A stretch of 64,000 nucleotides of DNA, from assembly GCA_030156535.1 (NCBI GenBank), contig JASGMJ010000005.1, positions 104,930-168,929 of the forward strand, in the 5' to 3' direction. Positions 40,994-50,202 of the stretch are shown piece by piece (position 1 is the stretch's first letter; every line of letters begins with the position of its first letter). The stretch comes from Candidatus Sumerlaeota bacterium. Its GTDB lineage: Bacteria > Sumerlaeota > Sumerlaeia > SLMS01 > JAHLLQ01. A program made the position numbers and the translations under genes. The notes beneath the pieces were generated by a model. It did not search any database and had not been told where the DNA came from. It worked only from the letters and a program-made list of their open reading frames with translations.

Positions 40994-41535
40994 AGCGCCG
41001 AAACCTCGCCGTTCTTGTCCTTGCACTGATCGCGTTCTCCGGCCTGCTGGCTGCGCAGTCGGGCACAACGAAGAATGCCTCATCAGGCACGACCCTATCG
41101 CTCGATACGTACAGCATCATCATCGAGCGCAACATCTTCAACCCCACGCGCCGCGCTCCCAGTTCACGTCCCGCACCGCCCGTCTCAAGGGCTCCGGCCG
41201 TCACGACGATCACGCTGATCGGTGCCGTCGTGAAGGAGGACGAGCGGACGGCGATCTTCTCGTCCGCCGTCACCGAGCACGCGGGGCATCGCAAGACGGG
41301 CGACAGCATCGCGGGCTTTACCATCGAATCCATCGACACGAAGGGCGTCACCATCTCGATCGACGGCGATACGAAGCTCTGGGCCGTTGGCTCGATCCTC
41401 CGCCGCATCGACGACGGCGACTGGTACCTCCCCCAGGCCGCCGGTGCCGCCACGGACATCACGAAAGACCCAGCCGCGGAAGCGGCCATTCTGAAACGCA
41501 TGCGCGAACGCCGCGAGCAGGAGAAGGCAAAATGA
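40990..41535 (+). CDS. Periplasmic T2SS accessory protein (GspC/PilP-like)
   Basis: Signal peptide MKRRNLAVLVLALIAFSGLLAAQ, a Pro-rich linker and a small beta domain. Both ends are coupled by overlap. Confidence 0.4.
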   Translation: MKRRNLAVLVLALIAFSGLLAAQSGTTKNASSGTTLSLDTYSIIIERNIFNPTRRAPSSRPAPPVSRAPAVTTITLIGAVVKEDERTAIFSSAVTEHAGHRKTGDSIAGFTIESIDTKGVTISIDGDTKLWAVGSILRRIDDGDWYLPQAAGAATDITKDPAAEAAILKRMRERREQEKAK

Positions 41536-42998
41536 CCACCCGACGCCACATTGCCGGTTTGCTGATGATCGGTTTTCTCGCCACGGCTTCACTGGCGGCC
41601 CAGGAACCCGACACCACCACCGGGATACTCGGCACCACCGAGGCATCCCCCGATACCACGACGCCACAGACAGCTGAAATCAGCTTCAACTTCCGCGGCG
41701 CCACCATCGACACCGTGCTCGACTACCTCAGTGAGGCCGCGGGGTTTGCCGTCGTCACCACGGTTCCGCTCAGCGGAACCATCGACGTCATCAGCCACCG
41801 TCCCCTCAATCCCGAGGAGTCGCTCGAACTCGTGACGACGATCCTTCACGAGAAGGGCTATGCGGCGTTGAGATCGGGGAACACGCTGACCATCGTCAGC
41901 CGCGAGGATGCCAAGCAGCGCGACATTCCCGTGCGCCAGGGCTCGGACCCGTTGACCATTCCGAAAAACGACGAAATGGTGACGCAGATCATTCCGATCC
42001 GCTACAGCCAGGCATCCGAACTCGTCGAGAACCTGCGCCCCCTCCTGCCGTCCTACTCCACGATCTCGGCCAACGAGGGAAGCAACGCGATCCTGCTGAC
42101 GGACACGCAGGCGAACATCCGCCGCGTCGCTGAGATTATCACGGCACTCGACAAGTCCTTCAGCGAGATCACCACCGTGAAAGTCTTCCAGCTTCGTCAT
42201 GCCGATGCCAAGGAGACCGCAACTCTCATCACCGAACTCTTCGAGCAGGAAACGACGAGCGGCAGTAGCAGCAACAGCCGCCAGCTTCCGCCGTTCTTCC
42301 GGCGCGGGGGCGACGACGGCGACAGGCAGAGCAGCAGTAGCACCCAGAATGCCGTCGTCCAGGCATCCTCGCGCGTGACTGCAACCGCCGACGAACGCAC
42401 CAACTCCCTCGTCGTCGCGGCGCCTCCGCAACTCATCACGACCATCGAGGAGCTTATCGCCACCCTCGATCTTTCCACGGAAATCCTCACCGAGGTGCGC
42501 GTCTTCCCCCTGAAGTACGCCGACGCCGAGGAGATGGCGGACGTCATCACGGAGATCTTCGCGGCCGATTCCACCACACAATCCACCACGAACTCCCGCA
42601 GCAATGTGCGCATCGGCTTTCGTGGGCCAGGGGGGAGAGCTCCGGGAGGAAACACCGTAAGCAACAGCGAGCAGAGTGAACGCGAGCAGGAATCCGCCAC
42701 CGTCCTCGCCGTCGCCGACACGCGCACCAACAGCGTCGTCGTCAGCGCCGTCAGCGATGTGCTGACCCAGATCGCCGGCGTCGTCCATGAACTCGACCGC
42801 GATCCCGCCGGCACGAAGAAGGTCTACGTCTATTCCCTGAAGAACGCCAACCCCGAGGAAGTTTCCGAGCTCCTCGACGAAATGTTCGGCAGCACCAGCA
42901 GCTCCAGCAGCTCACGAACAAGTACGAGCAACACCAGCTCCCGCAACACCACGAACACCACCAACACAAACCGCAATACGAACACAACCAACCGCTAA
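41532..42998 (+). CDS. Secretin N-terminal domains protein (N0-N1-N2-N3) with a Ser/Thr/Asn-rich C-terminal tail; lacks the secretin channel domain
   Basis: Signal peptide MTTRRHIAGLLMIGFLATASLAAQEP. N0-like domain ISFNFRGATIDTVLDYLSEAAGFAVV...GYAALRSGNTLTIV, followed by three secretin_N-like repeats. Low-complexity tail STSSSSSSRTSTSNTSSRNTTNTTNTNRNTNTTNR, then TAA. Confidence 0.7.
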   Translation: MTTRRHIAGLLMIGFLATASLAAQEPDTTTGILGTTEASPDTTTPQTAEISFNFRGATIDTVLDYLSEAAGFAVVTTVPLSGTIDVISHRPLNPEESLELVTTILHEKGYAALRSGNTLTIVSREDAKQRDIPVRQGSDPLTIPKNDEMVTQIIPIRYSQASELVENLRPLLPSYSTISANEGSNAILLTDTQANIRRVAEIITALDKSFSEITTVKVFQLRHADAKETATLITELFEQETTSGSSSNSRQLPPFFRRGGDDGDRQSSSSTQNAVVQASSRVTATADERTNSLVVAAPPQLITTIEELIATLDLSTEILTEVRVFPLKYADAEEMADVITEIFAADSTTQSTTNSRSNVRIGFRGPGGRAPGGNTVSNSEQSEREQESATVLAVADTRTNSVVVSAVSDVLTQIAGVVHELDRDPAGTKKVYVYSLKNANPEEVSELLDEMFGSTSSSSSSRTSTSNTSSRNTTNTTNTNRNTNTTNR

Positions 42999-43030
42999 AC
43001 ATGCCGCCAGAAACGCGAGGAACAGACATC

Positions 43031-44080
43031 ATGGCCAGCATCCGCTCCGTACTCCAACCCGCCCTCTGCACCACTGCCCTTCTTCTTGCGGGCACACTGG
43101 CATCGGCTCAGGAGCCCACCTTGGAACCTTCCGGGGTGCGCGGCAATCTCGGCACCAACCTCAGCGGCGATACCATTGTGCGCTACGACCTCGAAACGGA
43201 CTCGATCATCGTCATCACCGACGAGGAAACAAATGCACAGATCGCCTCGCTGATCGAAACGCTCGATCGCCCCGTTCCCCAGGTTCTCATCAAGGTGCTC
43301 TTCCTCGAAGTCACACACACGGACGACCTCGATCTTGGAGTCGAAGCCAGTTACTCGTTCGACGCTGGGACCGACTCGCTGCTCACGGATTTCGGAGTCG
43401 CCAGCGCCTCGCGCGGCGGCTTCCTCAAAATCATCGAGGACGACCTCAGCGTCACGCTCCGCGCCCTTGCCGGTCAGGGGAAACTTGAAGTCCTCTCGCG
43501 CCCCTCTGTCATCGCGCGGAACAATGAACTCGCGACGATCACCATCGGCCAGGAAGTCCCCTTCATCCGCAACTCCCGCGTCACCGACAGCGGCCAGACG
43601 ATCAACACGATCGAGTACGAGGACATCGGCATCATCCTGGAAGTGACGCCACACATCACGCCCGACCGCCTGGTCGAAATGGAAGTTGCTCCGGAGATCT
43701 CGACGCTGACCAGCGAGTCCGTCGCCATTACCGACACAACCGATGCCCGGGTGATTGCCAAGCGCTCGGCGAGCACCCGCGTCGTCGTCGCCGACGGAAA
43801 GACCGTTGTCATCGGCGGGCTGATGGAGGACAATATGACTGAGTCTGTCTCCAAGGTCCCCCTGCTCGGCGACATTCCCCTTGTCGGTGCCCTCTTTCGC
43901 AGGACGATCAAGGAGAAGAGCAAGACGGAGCTTCTGATCTTCCTGACGCCGACGGTGGTGACGGGGGTCGAAGATCTGGAGACGCTGACCGATTCAGAGC
44001 GCGCGCAGTTCGACATCGTTCCCACCGCCTTCGATGGCGTTGACATGCCGGACTACCTCCCTCCGCTGCCCGAGGATTGA
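43031..44080 (+). CDS. gspD: Secretin (GspD/PilQ family) C-terminal channel protein with its own signal peptide and one N-domain
   Basis: GAGGAA sits 9 nt before the ATG. Signal peptide MASIRSVLQPALCTTALLLAGTLASAQEP. Secretin core VLSRPSVIARNNELATITIGQEVPFI...VVIGGLMEDNMTESVSKVPLLGDIPLVGALFRRT. Confidence 0.85.
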   Translation: MASIRSVLQPALCTTALLLAGTLASAQEPTLEPSGVRGNLGTNLSGDTIVRYDLETDSIIVITDEETNAQIASLIETLDRPVPQVLIKVLFLEVTHTDDLDLGVEASYSFDAGTDSLLTDFGVASASRGGFLKIIEDDLSVTLRALAGQGKLEVLSRPSVIARNNELATITIGQEVPFIRNSRVTDSGQTINTIEYEDIGIILEVTPHITPDRLVEMEVAPEISTLTSESVAITDTTDARVIAKRSASTRVVVADGKTVVIGGLMEDNMTESVSKVPLLGDIPLVGALFRRTIKEKSKTELLIFLTPTVVTGVEDLETLTDSERAQFDIVPTAFDGVDMPDYLPPLPED

Positions 44081-44083
44081 CGC

Positions 44084-45568
44084 ATGGTGCACGCCGAGCC
44101 CAAGGAACGTTTGCTCTGGCCCATCCGCATCGGCCTCGCCGGCGTCTGGATCGGCATCGTCGTCCTTCTGGCCGTCGAATACGGCCGCGTGCGCGAGCAG
44201 GCGCGCGACAACCTGCTCCAGCGTGCCCGCGACATCAGTGATACGATCGCCCTCATCAGCCGCTCGGGCCGCATCGGCATGATCCGCGAGGATCGCCTGA
44301 AGGCCACCCTCGATGAGCTCGTTCGCGGCGAACTCCTGCGCTCCGTGATGCTTGTCAACGCCCTGGGCGAAACGGTTGTCGCGGCTGGAGAGCCCGGCGC
44401 CAGCCCCCCCCAACTCCCTCACTCGGGCGTCCGATGGGAGCCCGACCGCGTCATCGTGACCAACGTCGTGGACCTCGGTGCCGACGAGGCCAGCGACTCG
44501 CGCCCGCGCAACCCGACCATCGTCATCCCTGAGTCCAAGGACGACGAGCGCATACGCCCTCCCCGTCCCGAGGATGCCCCCACGTCGCCGACTACCGAGG
44601 CGCCGCCACCGGGCGACGGAGGATGGGATCGCAAGCGCCATCCGTTTGGCCGCCCTCCCTGGATTTCCGAATCAGAGTTCCGCGATCTGATTGAACGCCG
44701 CGGCGTTCACGGTTTCGTCCTGACGCTGAATACGGCGGGCATGAACCGCGAACTGAACCGCGATCTCCGGATGCGCACGCTGCTCGCGTTTGTCGCGTTG
44801 CTTGCCGTCGGCGGCATTGGCGTCGCTGTCTCCTCCTGGAGCCGGTTCAACCGTCTGCTTCTCCGGCTTGTCCGCAGCCAGCAGCAGAACGAGCACCTGA
44901 AGGAAATGAACCTGGCCGCCGCTGGCCTTGCCCACGAAACGCGCAATCCCCTGAATCTGATTCGGGGCCTGGCACAGACAATGGCCCAGCAGGAAGACAC
45001 CTCGCCGGAGACCCGCGACCGCTCGCGCCAGATCGTCGAGGAACTCGACAGAGTCACTTACCGCCTCAATGAGTTCATCCGCTACTCCAAGCCGCCGCAG
45101 CCACGCCTCGCGCCTGTCGATCCCTCAGCCGTCGCGGAGAACGTGCGCGATGCCCTGGCCGCGGACCTCGAAGAGAGACACGCAGCCATCCGCTTCGAAG
45201 GCGGCCCCGCAACCGTCGAGGCCGACGAGATGCTCCTGCGCCAGTTGCTCTTCAACCTGTTGCTCAACGCTGTCCAGGCCGTGGGCGAGGAGGGTGAAAT
45301 CGTCGTGACAACGAAGCAGCAGGCGGACCGCACTCTCACGCTCTCCGTCGAAGACAACGGTCCCGGGGTCCCGGCGGAACTGCGCGACGAAATCTTCCGT
45401 CCCTACATGACAACGAACGCCGCGGGGAGCGGCCTTGGCCTTGCCGTGGTCCGCCAGATTTGCGCTGCCCACGACTGGCGAATTGTGTGTACGGAATCGG
45501 CACTGGGCGGCGCGTGCTTCACCGTCAGCGCCATGCGGCCGGGTGGGAAGGCGAGTCCGGCTTCATGA
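44084..45568 (+). CDS. Sensor histidine kinase (PilS/NtrB-like) with a periplasmic sensor domain
   Basis: Two TM helices flank a periplasmic region of about 200 aa. H-box LAHETRNPLNLIRGL. HATPase N, G1 and G2 boxes (NLLLNAVQA, DNGPGV, GSGLGLAVV). Confidence 0.85.
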   Translation: MVHAEPKERLLWPIRIGLAGVWIGIVVLLAVEYGRVREQARDNLLQRARDISDTIALISRSGRIGMIREDRLKATLDELVRGELLRSVMLVNALGETVVAAGEPGASPPQLPHSGVRWEPDRVIVTNVVDLGADEASDSRPRNPTIVIPESKDDERIRPPRPEDAPTSPTTEAPPPGDGGWDRKRHPFGRPPWISESEFRDLIERRGVHGFVLTLNTAGMNRELNRDLRMRTLLAFVALLAVGGIGVAVSSWSRFNRLLLRLVRSQQQNEHLKEMNLAAAGLAHETRNPLNLIRGLAQTMAQQEDTSPETRDRSRQIVEELDRVTYRLNEFIRYSKPPQPRLAPVDPSAVAENVRDALAADLEERHAAIRFEGGPATVEADEMLLRQLLFNLLLNAVQAVGEEGEIVVTTKQQADRTLTLSVEDNGPGVPAELRDEIFRPYMTTNAAGSGLGLAVVRQICAAHDWRIVCTESALGGACFTVSAMRPGGKASPAS

Positions 45569-46932
45569 CCACACCTGCCCCTCCCAAAGTTCTTGTCGTC
45601 GACGACGACGCTGGCAATCGCCGCCTGCTGTCCGGGTGCCTGACGCATCACGGCTACGAGGTCGTTCAGGCCACCGACGGCGAGAATGCCCTCGAAGTGT
45701 TGCGCTCAACTCCTGCCAGCCTGGTTGTCTCTGACATTCGAATGCCACGCATGACGGGGCTCGATCTTCTGCACGCCCTGCGCGATGCCGGCTCCGGCGT
45801 TCCCGTGCTCCTCGTCACGGCCTACCCCGACGTGCGCGATGCCGTCGGCGCCATGCGCGACGGCGCCGTGAACTACCTGGAGAAGCCGATCGACCTCGAC
45901 GAGTTCCTCGCGTCGGTGCGCAATGCCCTGAAGACGCCAGCCGGCGCGGCGCCCGCCTCGGATTTGAGTGCGCTCGTGCCGCCCCATGGCATGATCGCCG
46001 AGAGCCCCGCCATGAAGGCCATCCTGCGCGACATCGCGATCGCCGGGCCGTCGGACTCGCGCGTGTTGCTCACGGGCGAGAGCGGCACGGGGAAGGAAGT
46101 TGTGGCCGACGCGCTGCATGCGGCCAGCCCGCGCGCCTCCGCGCCCTTCATCAAGGTCAACTGCGCCGCGATTCCCGAGCACCTTCTCGAAAGCGAGCTC
46201 TACGGCCACGAGAAGGGGGCGTTCACGGGAGCCGTGGCGCGCCGCATTGGTGTCTTCGAGGAAGCCCGCGGGGGCACGATCCTGCTCGACGAAATCGCGG
46301 AGATGCCCGCCTCGCTCCAGGCCAAGCTTCTGCGTGTGATTCAGGACGGCACTTTTCGCCGGATCGGCGGCTCGCAAACGCTCCAGACCGACGTGCGCCT
46401 GCTCGCCTCCACCAACCGCGATCTCGAGCAGGAAATGAGCGCGGGGCGCTTTCGCGAGGATCTCTTCTTCCGCCTCAACGTCTTCGAGATCCATCTGCCG
46501 CGCCTGCGCGACCGCCCCGAGGACATCGTCCCGCTGGCCACCCATTACGCCTCGCAGTTTCTCGGCGCCCGGGTACGCTTCTCCCCCGCCGCGATGGCGT
46601 TGCTGTGCACCTACACTTGGCCAGGCAATGTGCGTGAGCTGCGCAACGCGATGGAGCGCGCCGTGCTTCTCTCGCGCAGCGAAGTCATCATCCCGGAACA
46701 CCTGCCGCCACGCCTGCGCAGCGCCGCTCCTCCAGCGGACGAGCCTGCTCCGTCCGAGTCGTCCGGTGGCGTCATGGCCGAGGTCGAGCGCTCGGTGATT
46801 CTGGAGACCCTACGCAACAACCGGTTCAACCGCTCGGAGACGGCCCGCGCGCTCGGCATCAGCCGCCGCGCCCTGATCTACAAGCTGCAACGCTTCCGCG
46901 AGCAGGGCCACGCCGTGGATGAGGGAATGTGA
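45565..46932 (+). CDS. Sigma-54-dependent response regulator (NtrC/PilR family)
   Basis: REC domain [14 protein letters not shown]...D. AAA+ Walker [15 protein letters not shown] sigma-54 contact motif. C-terminal Fis-type HTH. The ATGA start overlaps the kinase stop. Confidence 0.9.
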   Translation: MTTPAPPKVLVVDDDAGNRRLLSGCLTHHGYEVVQATDGENALEVLRSTPASLVVSDIRMPRMTGLDLLHALRDAGSGVPVLLVTAYPDVRDAVGAMRDGAVNYLEKPIDLDEFLASVRNALKTPAGAAPASDLSALVPPHGMIAESPAMKAILRDIAIAGPSDSRVLLTGESGTGKEVVADALHAASPRASAPFIKVNCAAIPEHLLESELYGHEKGAFTGAVARRIGVFEEARGGTILLDEIAEMPASLQAKLLRVIQDGTFRRIGGSQTLQTDVRLLASTNRDLEQEMSAGRFREDLFFRLNVFEIHLPRLRDRPEDIVPLATHYASQFLGARVRFSPAAMALLCTYTWPGNVRELRNAMERAVLLSRSEVIIPEHLPPRLRSAAPPADEPAPSESSGGVMAEVERSVILETLRNNRFNRSETARALGISRRALIYKLQRFREQGHAVDEGM

Positions 46933-47047
46933 GAGCGGTTCGGGGTTCGTGAGGGGCGCCCTCCTCGCAGTCATCCCTTCGTGCCAGATCATGTGATTCG
47001 CGGCCCCATTCTCATCGACTCGCAAATAAGTGTTTCCAAACTCTTTG

Positions 47048-47091
47048 AACTTTGAGTTGGCGGACAACTTCAAAAGTCCCATGCTTTGAGT
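47048..47091. promoter_or_regulatory. Repeat element CTTTGAGTTG-N5-CAACTTCAAAAG-N7-CTTTGAGTTG (two direct repeats flanking an inverted copy); candidate binding site for the adjacent NtrC-family activator
   Basis: Read directly from the sequence at 47048-47057, 47063-47074 and 47082-47091. It lies between the regulator stop (46932) and the start of the ELWxxDGT gene. Confidence 0.3.
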
Positions 47092-47133
47092 TGCAGGGTG
47101 GCAAGAACGCCGTCCTGGGGGAAACTCTTGGGG

Positions 47134-50100
47134 ATGCCTGATCGCATGAGCTGGGCTGGACAAACCTTAGCCGCCGGGATGCTGGCGGCGGCCTTCGGCG
47201 CGAGCGCGGCAGCGCAGCCCGCCGGCAATGCCTATCTGATCAAGGATTTCGCACCCGGCCCGGACCCGGAGCTGCGCGCCGCCAGCCACGGCCCCCTGGA
47301 GGGCATGGCCCACCGCGGAAAGTTCTACTTCGAGGGTTCCTACACGCCAACGTATGATGAGGGAGTGGGCGGCACGAGCATCTATCCCGGCATGTTGGTC
47401 GTCAGCGATGGAACAACCTACGGAACACTGCCGCTGAAGACGATGGACAACCTGCGCTTTCTTGGTCCGCTGGGCGACCATGTGGTCTTCGCGGACTCGG
47501 ATTTTGGCGCGGAAACGGGACGGCGCATTAACGTCACCGACGGATCGGTCAAGAATACGAAGGAACTTCGCCTGATCCGCGACGCCGTGGAAATCCTGCC
47601 GGGGATGGAGGCGGGCGGATGGTACTACTTCTTCGCTCTCTTCGAGGATGGACGCACCGAATTGTGGCAGACCGACGGAACCGTGGACGGAACGAGGAGC
47701 GCGCAGGCGCTGCTGCCGCCGGGATACACGGCCGACGCTTCGGTGCCGATTGCGGGCTGGGACGCGAGCCAGTTGCTGCTTCTGGCGCACGACGCGAATG
47801 GCGTTGGGAATCTGGTGCTGGTCAATGGCGGAACCCAGAGCGCGCGGCGCATCTTCTCCGACAACTTCCTGGCAACATTTGGCGCACCGGATGACTTCGT
47901 GGTGGCCGACGGCACGATTCTCTACCGCTCGGGCCGCCGGTTCTTCTCCAGCGACGGCACCGAAACGTTCACCCAGATCGTGGGAGACCTCCCGCTCATG
48001 GAAGGAGCATCGGAGGAAATCCGCCTGATTCCGGCGGACACGCGCTTCTTCCTGCTGACGAACTTCACCAGCTCGTTCTACGAAGTCTGGTCCACCGATG
48101 GATCACCCGGGAGCCTGGGGCTCGCACGGCGTCTCGACTGGTCGTGGAGCGGCGCGCCGACCATTGGCGAGACGGCCACATGGAACGACAAGCTGTACTT
48201 CACAGAGTCCGGGCTCCCTTCCTCGTCGGGGAGCGAACGCCGCGGCAAACTCTGGGTCTCGGATGGCACAACACTGGGGACTTTCGAGCTCTGGGCCCAG
48301 TTGCGCGAGATCGATGGTCTGCTGGCGACGACACGCGGTGTGATCTTCGGCGTGGACCAGAGCGCGGGGCCACCCGGGCTCTACATCACGCAGGGCGTGG
48401 CGGGCGAAACAGAGAACCTGCGTCCCGGCTACTGGCGGCCGCTGGCGGAAACCGATTCCGACGGCGTGCCCGGCGGCGAGCGTCTCTTCCTCACCGGCAA
48501 ACAGTTCACCGACACGACCTATGGCCGCGAACTCTGGGTGTCGGACTGGACGGATTACGGCTGGTATCTGCCCAAAGACCTCTCGGCCTCGGGGCGCACG
48601 TCCGTTGCCTTCAACCCTCTTGGCGCGTTTGGCCGGTACGTCTTCTTCAACGACGGTTACCAGGGACACGTCTGGATCACCGACGGCACGGAGGCAGGAA
48701 CGCAACCCATCGGCAGCATCCTCGGCGACTTCTATATCAACATGGCCGGCGATTTGGACATCGTGGCCGAGGAACTTCAGGCCATTTTGCACGGCGATCT
48801 TCTGATCATTTATGTGCGTGGAATCATGTGCACCAACGACGAGTGCTGTGGAGACGGCCCGGATGAGGACCAATCGTTACTCGACTTTCTGAACGACCTT
48901 CTCGAAGACGATGAATGCAAGGATGCAATGAAATACGTGACGAGCGTCTGGAGAACCGATGGAACCCTGGCGGGCACTTACTCAACGGGAGTCATTGAGA
49001 ACGAATGGCTCTGGTTTCCCACCACGTTCAACCACCGGATCATGCTCTACGCTCAGGCGTTCATCGACCACGACACGGAGCCTCCGACGATCTATCCGCC
49101 GGGCCTTTGGGCCAGCACGGGCACGCGGGCAACGACCAGTGAAGTCCGAACGTTCCCCTGCAACGCCGAAAACGTCGCCGACAAGGGAGTCAGCCCCTTT
49201 GGCACCGTCCTCGGCGAGGCCTGCTCCGCCGAGTTCATCCCACTCGGAAACACTTCCTCGCACTTCTTCTTCTCGCTCCGCGAACCGATCTACGAAAACG
49301 ACCCCACGCAGGACAGGCAACTGTGGGTGTCCGACACCACGGCCACCGGTACGTTCCCGCTGGTGCCGCTGCTGACGGCCGACGGAATTTCGGAAACGAT
49401 CCATCTGACGGGTGCAACGTATCAGGACAAGTTCTTCTTCTCCCCCACCATCATGCCCCCCGTCGGCTCGGGAAGTGTTCCTCTGGTCGAAGGCGAACTT
49501 TGGGAGACCAACGGCACGATGGCGGGAACGCAGCGCATGACGGTTGTGCAGTGGGAGGGGCAGGACCAGGCAATTCGCAACCTGACGAAAGCGGGGAACT
49601 ACCTCTTCTTCACGGGCAACGGCGGAGAACTCTGGGTGTCGGATGGAACGGATCTGTTCACGCTGCCGATGACGTACATCACGGGCCGCGAGTCCGTGCA
49701 CGCGGACGCGTTGCTCGGCGAAGTCAACGGCCGCCTGGTTTTCTCCAGCGACGGCAATCTGTGGTCCACCGACGGCACGAAGTTCGGAACGATGCGCCTG
49801 CCCGACGCCGTACGCGGCCCGGAGACCGCACCCATTCAGGAGTTCACACCCATCAAGGACAAACCCTTTGCCATGTTCAGTTCCGGCACGGCGGCCACCG
49901 GTCTGGAAATGTGGTACACTGACGCCACGGCATCGGGAACGTATCCGGTCTTCGAGATGACCCCGGGGCCGTACTCCTCGCATCCGCGCAGCTACGTGGG
50001 GGCGCTGGGCAACGTGTACTTCCAGGCCTCCACACCGGAAGGCGGAAACGAACTCTGGCAACTCTCAACAAGCCAGATCAAGAAACCGGCGAGCAGCGGC

Positions 50101-50193
50101 TGGGCCACACGCGACATCATCATCGAGTTCGGGAAGGATGGAGAAGCCGCCGAGTCGCAACCCGGCGGCCAGCAGGAACAACCGGCGGAATAG
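47134..50193 (+). CDS. Large secreted ELWxxDGT-repeat (beta-propeller-like) protein
   Basis: Signal peptide MPDRMSWAGQTLAAGMLAAAFGASAAAQP. At least 11 repeats of the E-L-W-x-S/T-D-G-T-x-x-G-T type (ELWQTDGTVDGT, KLWVSDGTTLGT, HVWITDGTEAGT, QLWVSDTTATGT, ELWVSDGTDLFT, NLWSTDGTKFGT ...). The start is ambiguous among 47086, 47134 and 47146. Confidence 0.7.
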   Translation: MPDRMSWAGQTLAAGMLAAAFGASAAAQPAGNAYLIKDFAPGPDPELRAASHGPLEGMAHRGKFYFEGSYTPTYDEGVGGTSIYPGMLVVSDGTTYGTLPLKTMDNLRFLGPLGDHVVFADSDFGAETGRRINVTDGSVKNTKELRLIRDAVEILPGMEAGGWYYFFALFEDGRTELWQTDGTVDGTRSAQALLPPGYTADASVPIAGWDASQLLLLAHDANGVGNLVLVNGGTQSARRIFSDNFLATFGAPDDFVVADGTILYRSGRRFFSSDGTETFTQIVGDLPLMEGASEEIRLIPADTRFFLLTNFTSSFYEVWSTDGSPGSLGLARRLDWSWSGAPTIGETATWNDKLYFTESGLPSSSGSERRGKLWVSDGTTLGTFELWAQLREIDGLLATTRGVIFGVDQSAGPPGLYITQGVAGETENLRPGYWRPLAETDSDGVPGGERLFLTGKQFTDTTYGRELWVSDWTDYGWYLPKDLSASGRTSVAFNPLGAFGRYVFFNDGYQGHVWITDGTEAGTQPIGSILGDFYINMAGDLDIVAEELQAILHGDLLIIYVRGIMCTNDECCGDGPDEDQSLLDFLNDLLEDDECKDAMKYVTSVWRTDGTLAGTYSTGVIENEWLWFPTTFNHRIMLYAQAFIDHDTEPPTIYPPGLWASTGTRATTSEVRTFPCNAENVADKGVSPFGTVLGEACSAEFIPLGNTSSHFFFSLREPIYENDPTQDRQLWVSDTTATGTFPLVPLLTADGISETIHLTGATYQDKFFFSPTIMPPVGSGSVPLVEGELWETNGTMAGTQRMTVVQWEGQDQAIRNLTKAGNYLFFTGNGGELWVSDGTDLFTLPMTYITGRESVHADALLGEVNGRLVFSSDGNLWSTDGTKFGTMRLPDAVRGPETAPIQEFTPIKDKPFAMFSSGTAATGLEMWYTDATASGTYPVFEMTPGPYSSHPRSYVGALGNVYFQASTPEGGNELWQLSTSQIKKPASSGWATRDIIIEFGKDGEAAESQPGGQQEQPAE

Positions 50194-50202
50194 CCGCCTC
50201 TG

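Noticed and set aside
47086-47133. Longer N-terminal extension of the ELWxxDGT protein (track start 47086)
   Set aside because: The extension overlaps the palindromic repeat element and carries no signal-peptide-like sequence. The signal peptide begins at the downstream ATGs (47134 or 47146).
46933-47133. Sigma-54 promoter (TGGCAC-N5-TTGC) search between the NtrC-family regulator and the ELWxxDGT gene; also upstream of gspE and of the prepilin-like gene at 5054
   Set aside because: Near matches (TGGCGG-ACAAC-TTCA, TGGGGG-AAACT-CTTGG, TTGGCAG-ACGGC-GCTT) all lack the essential GC of the -12 element at the right spacing. No site is called. A position weight matrix scan is needed.
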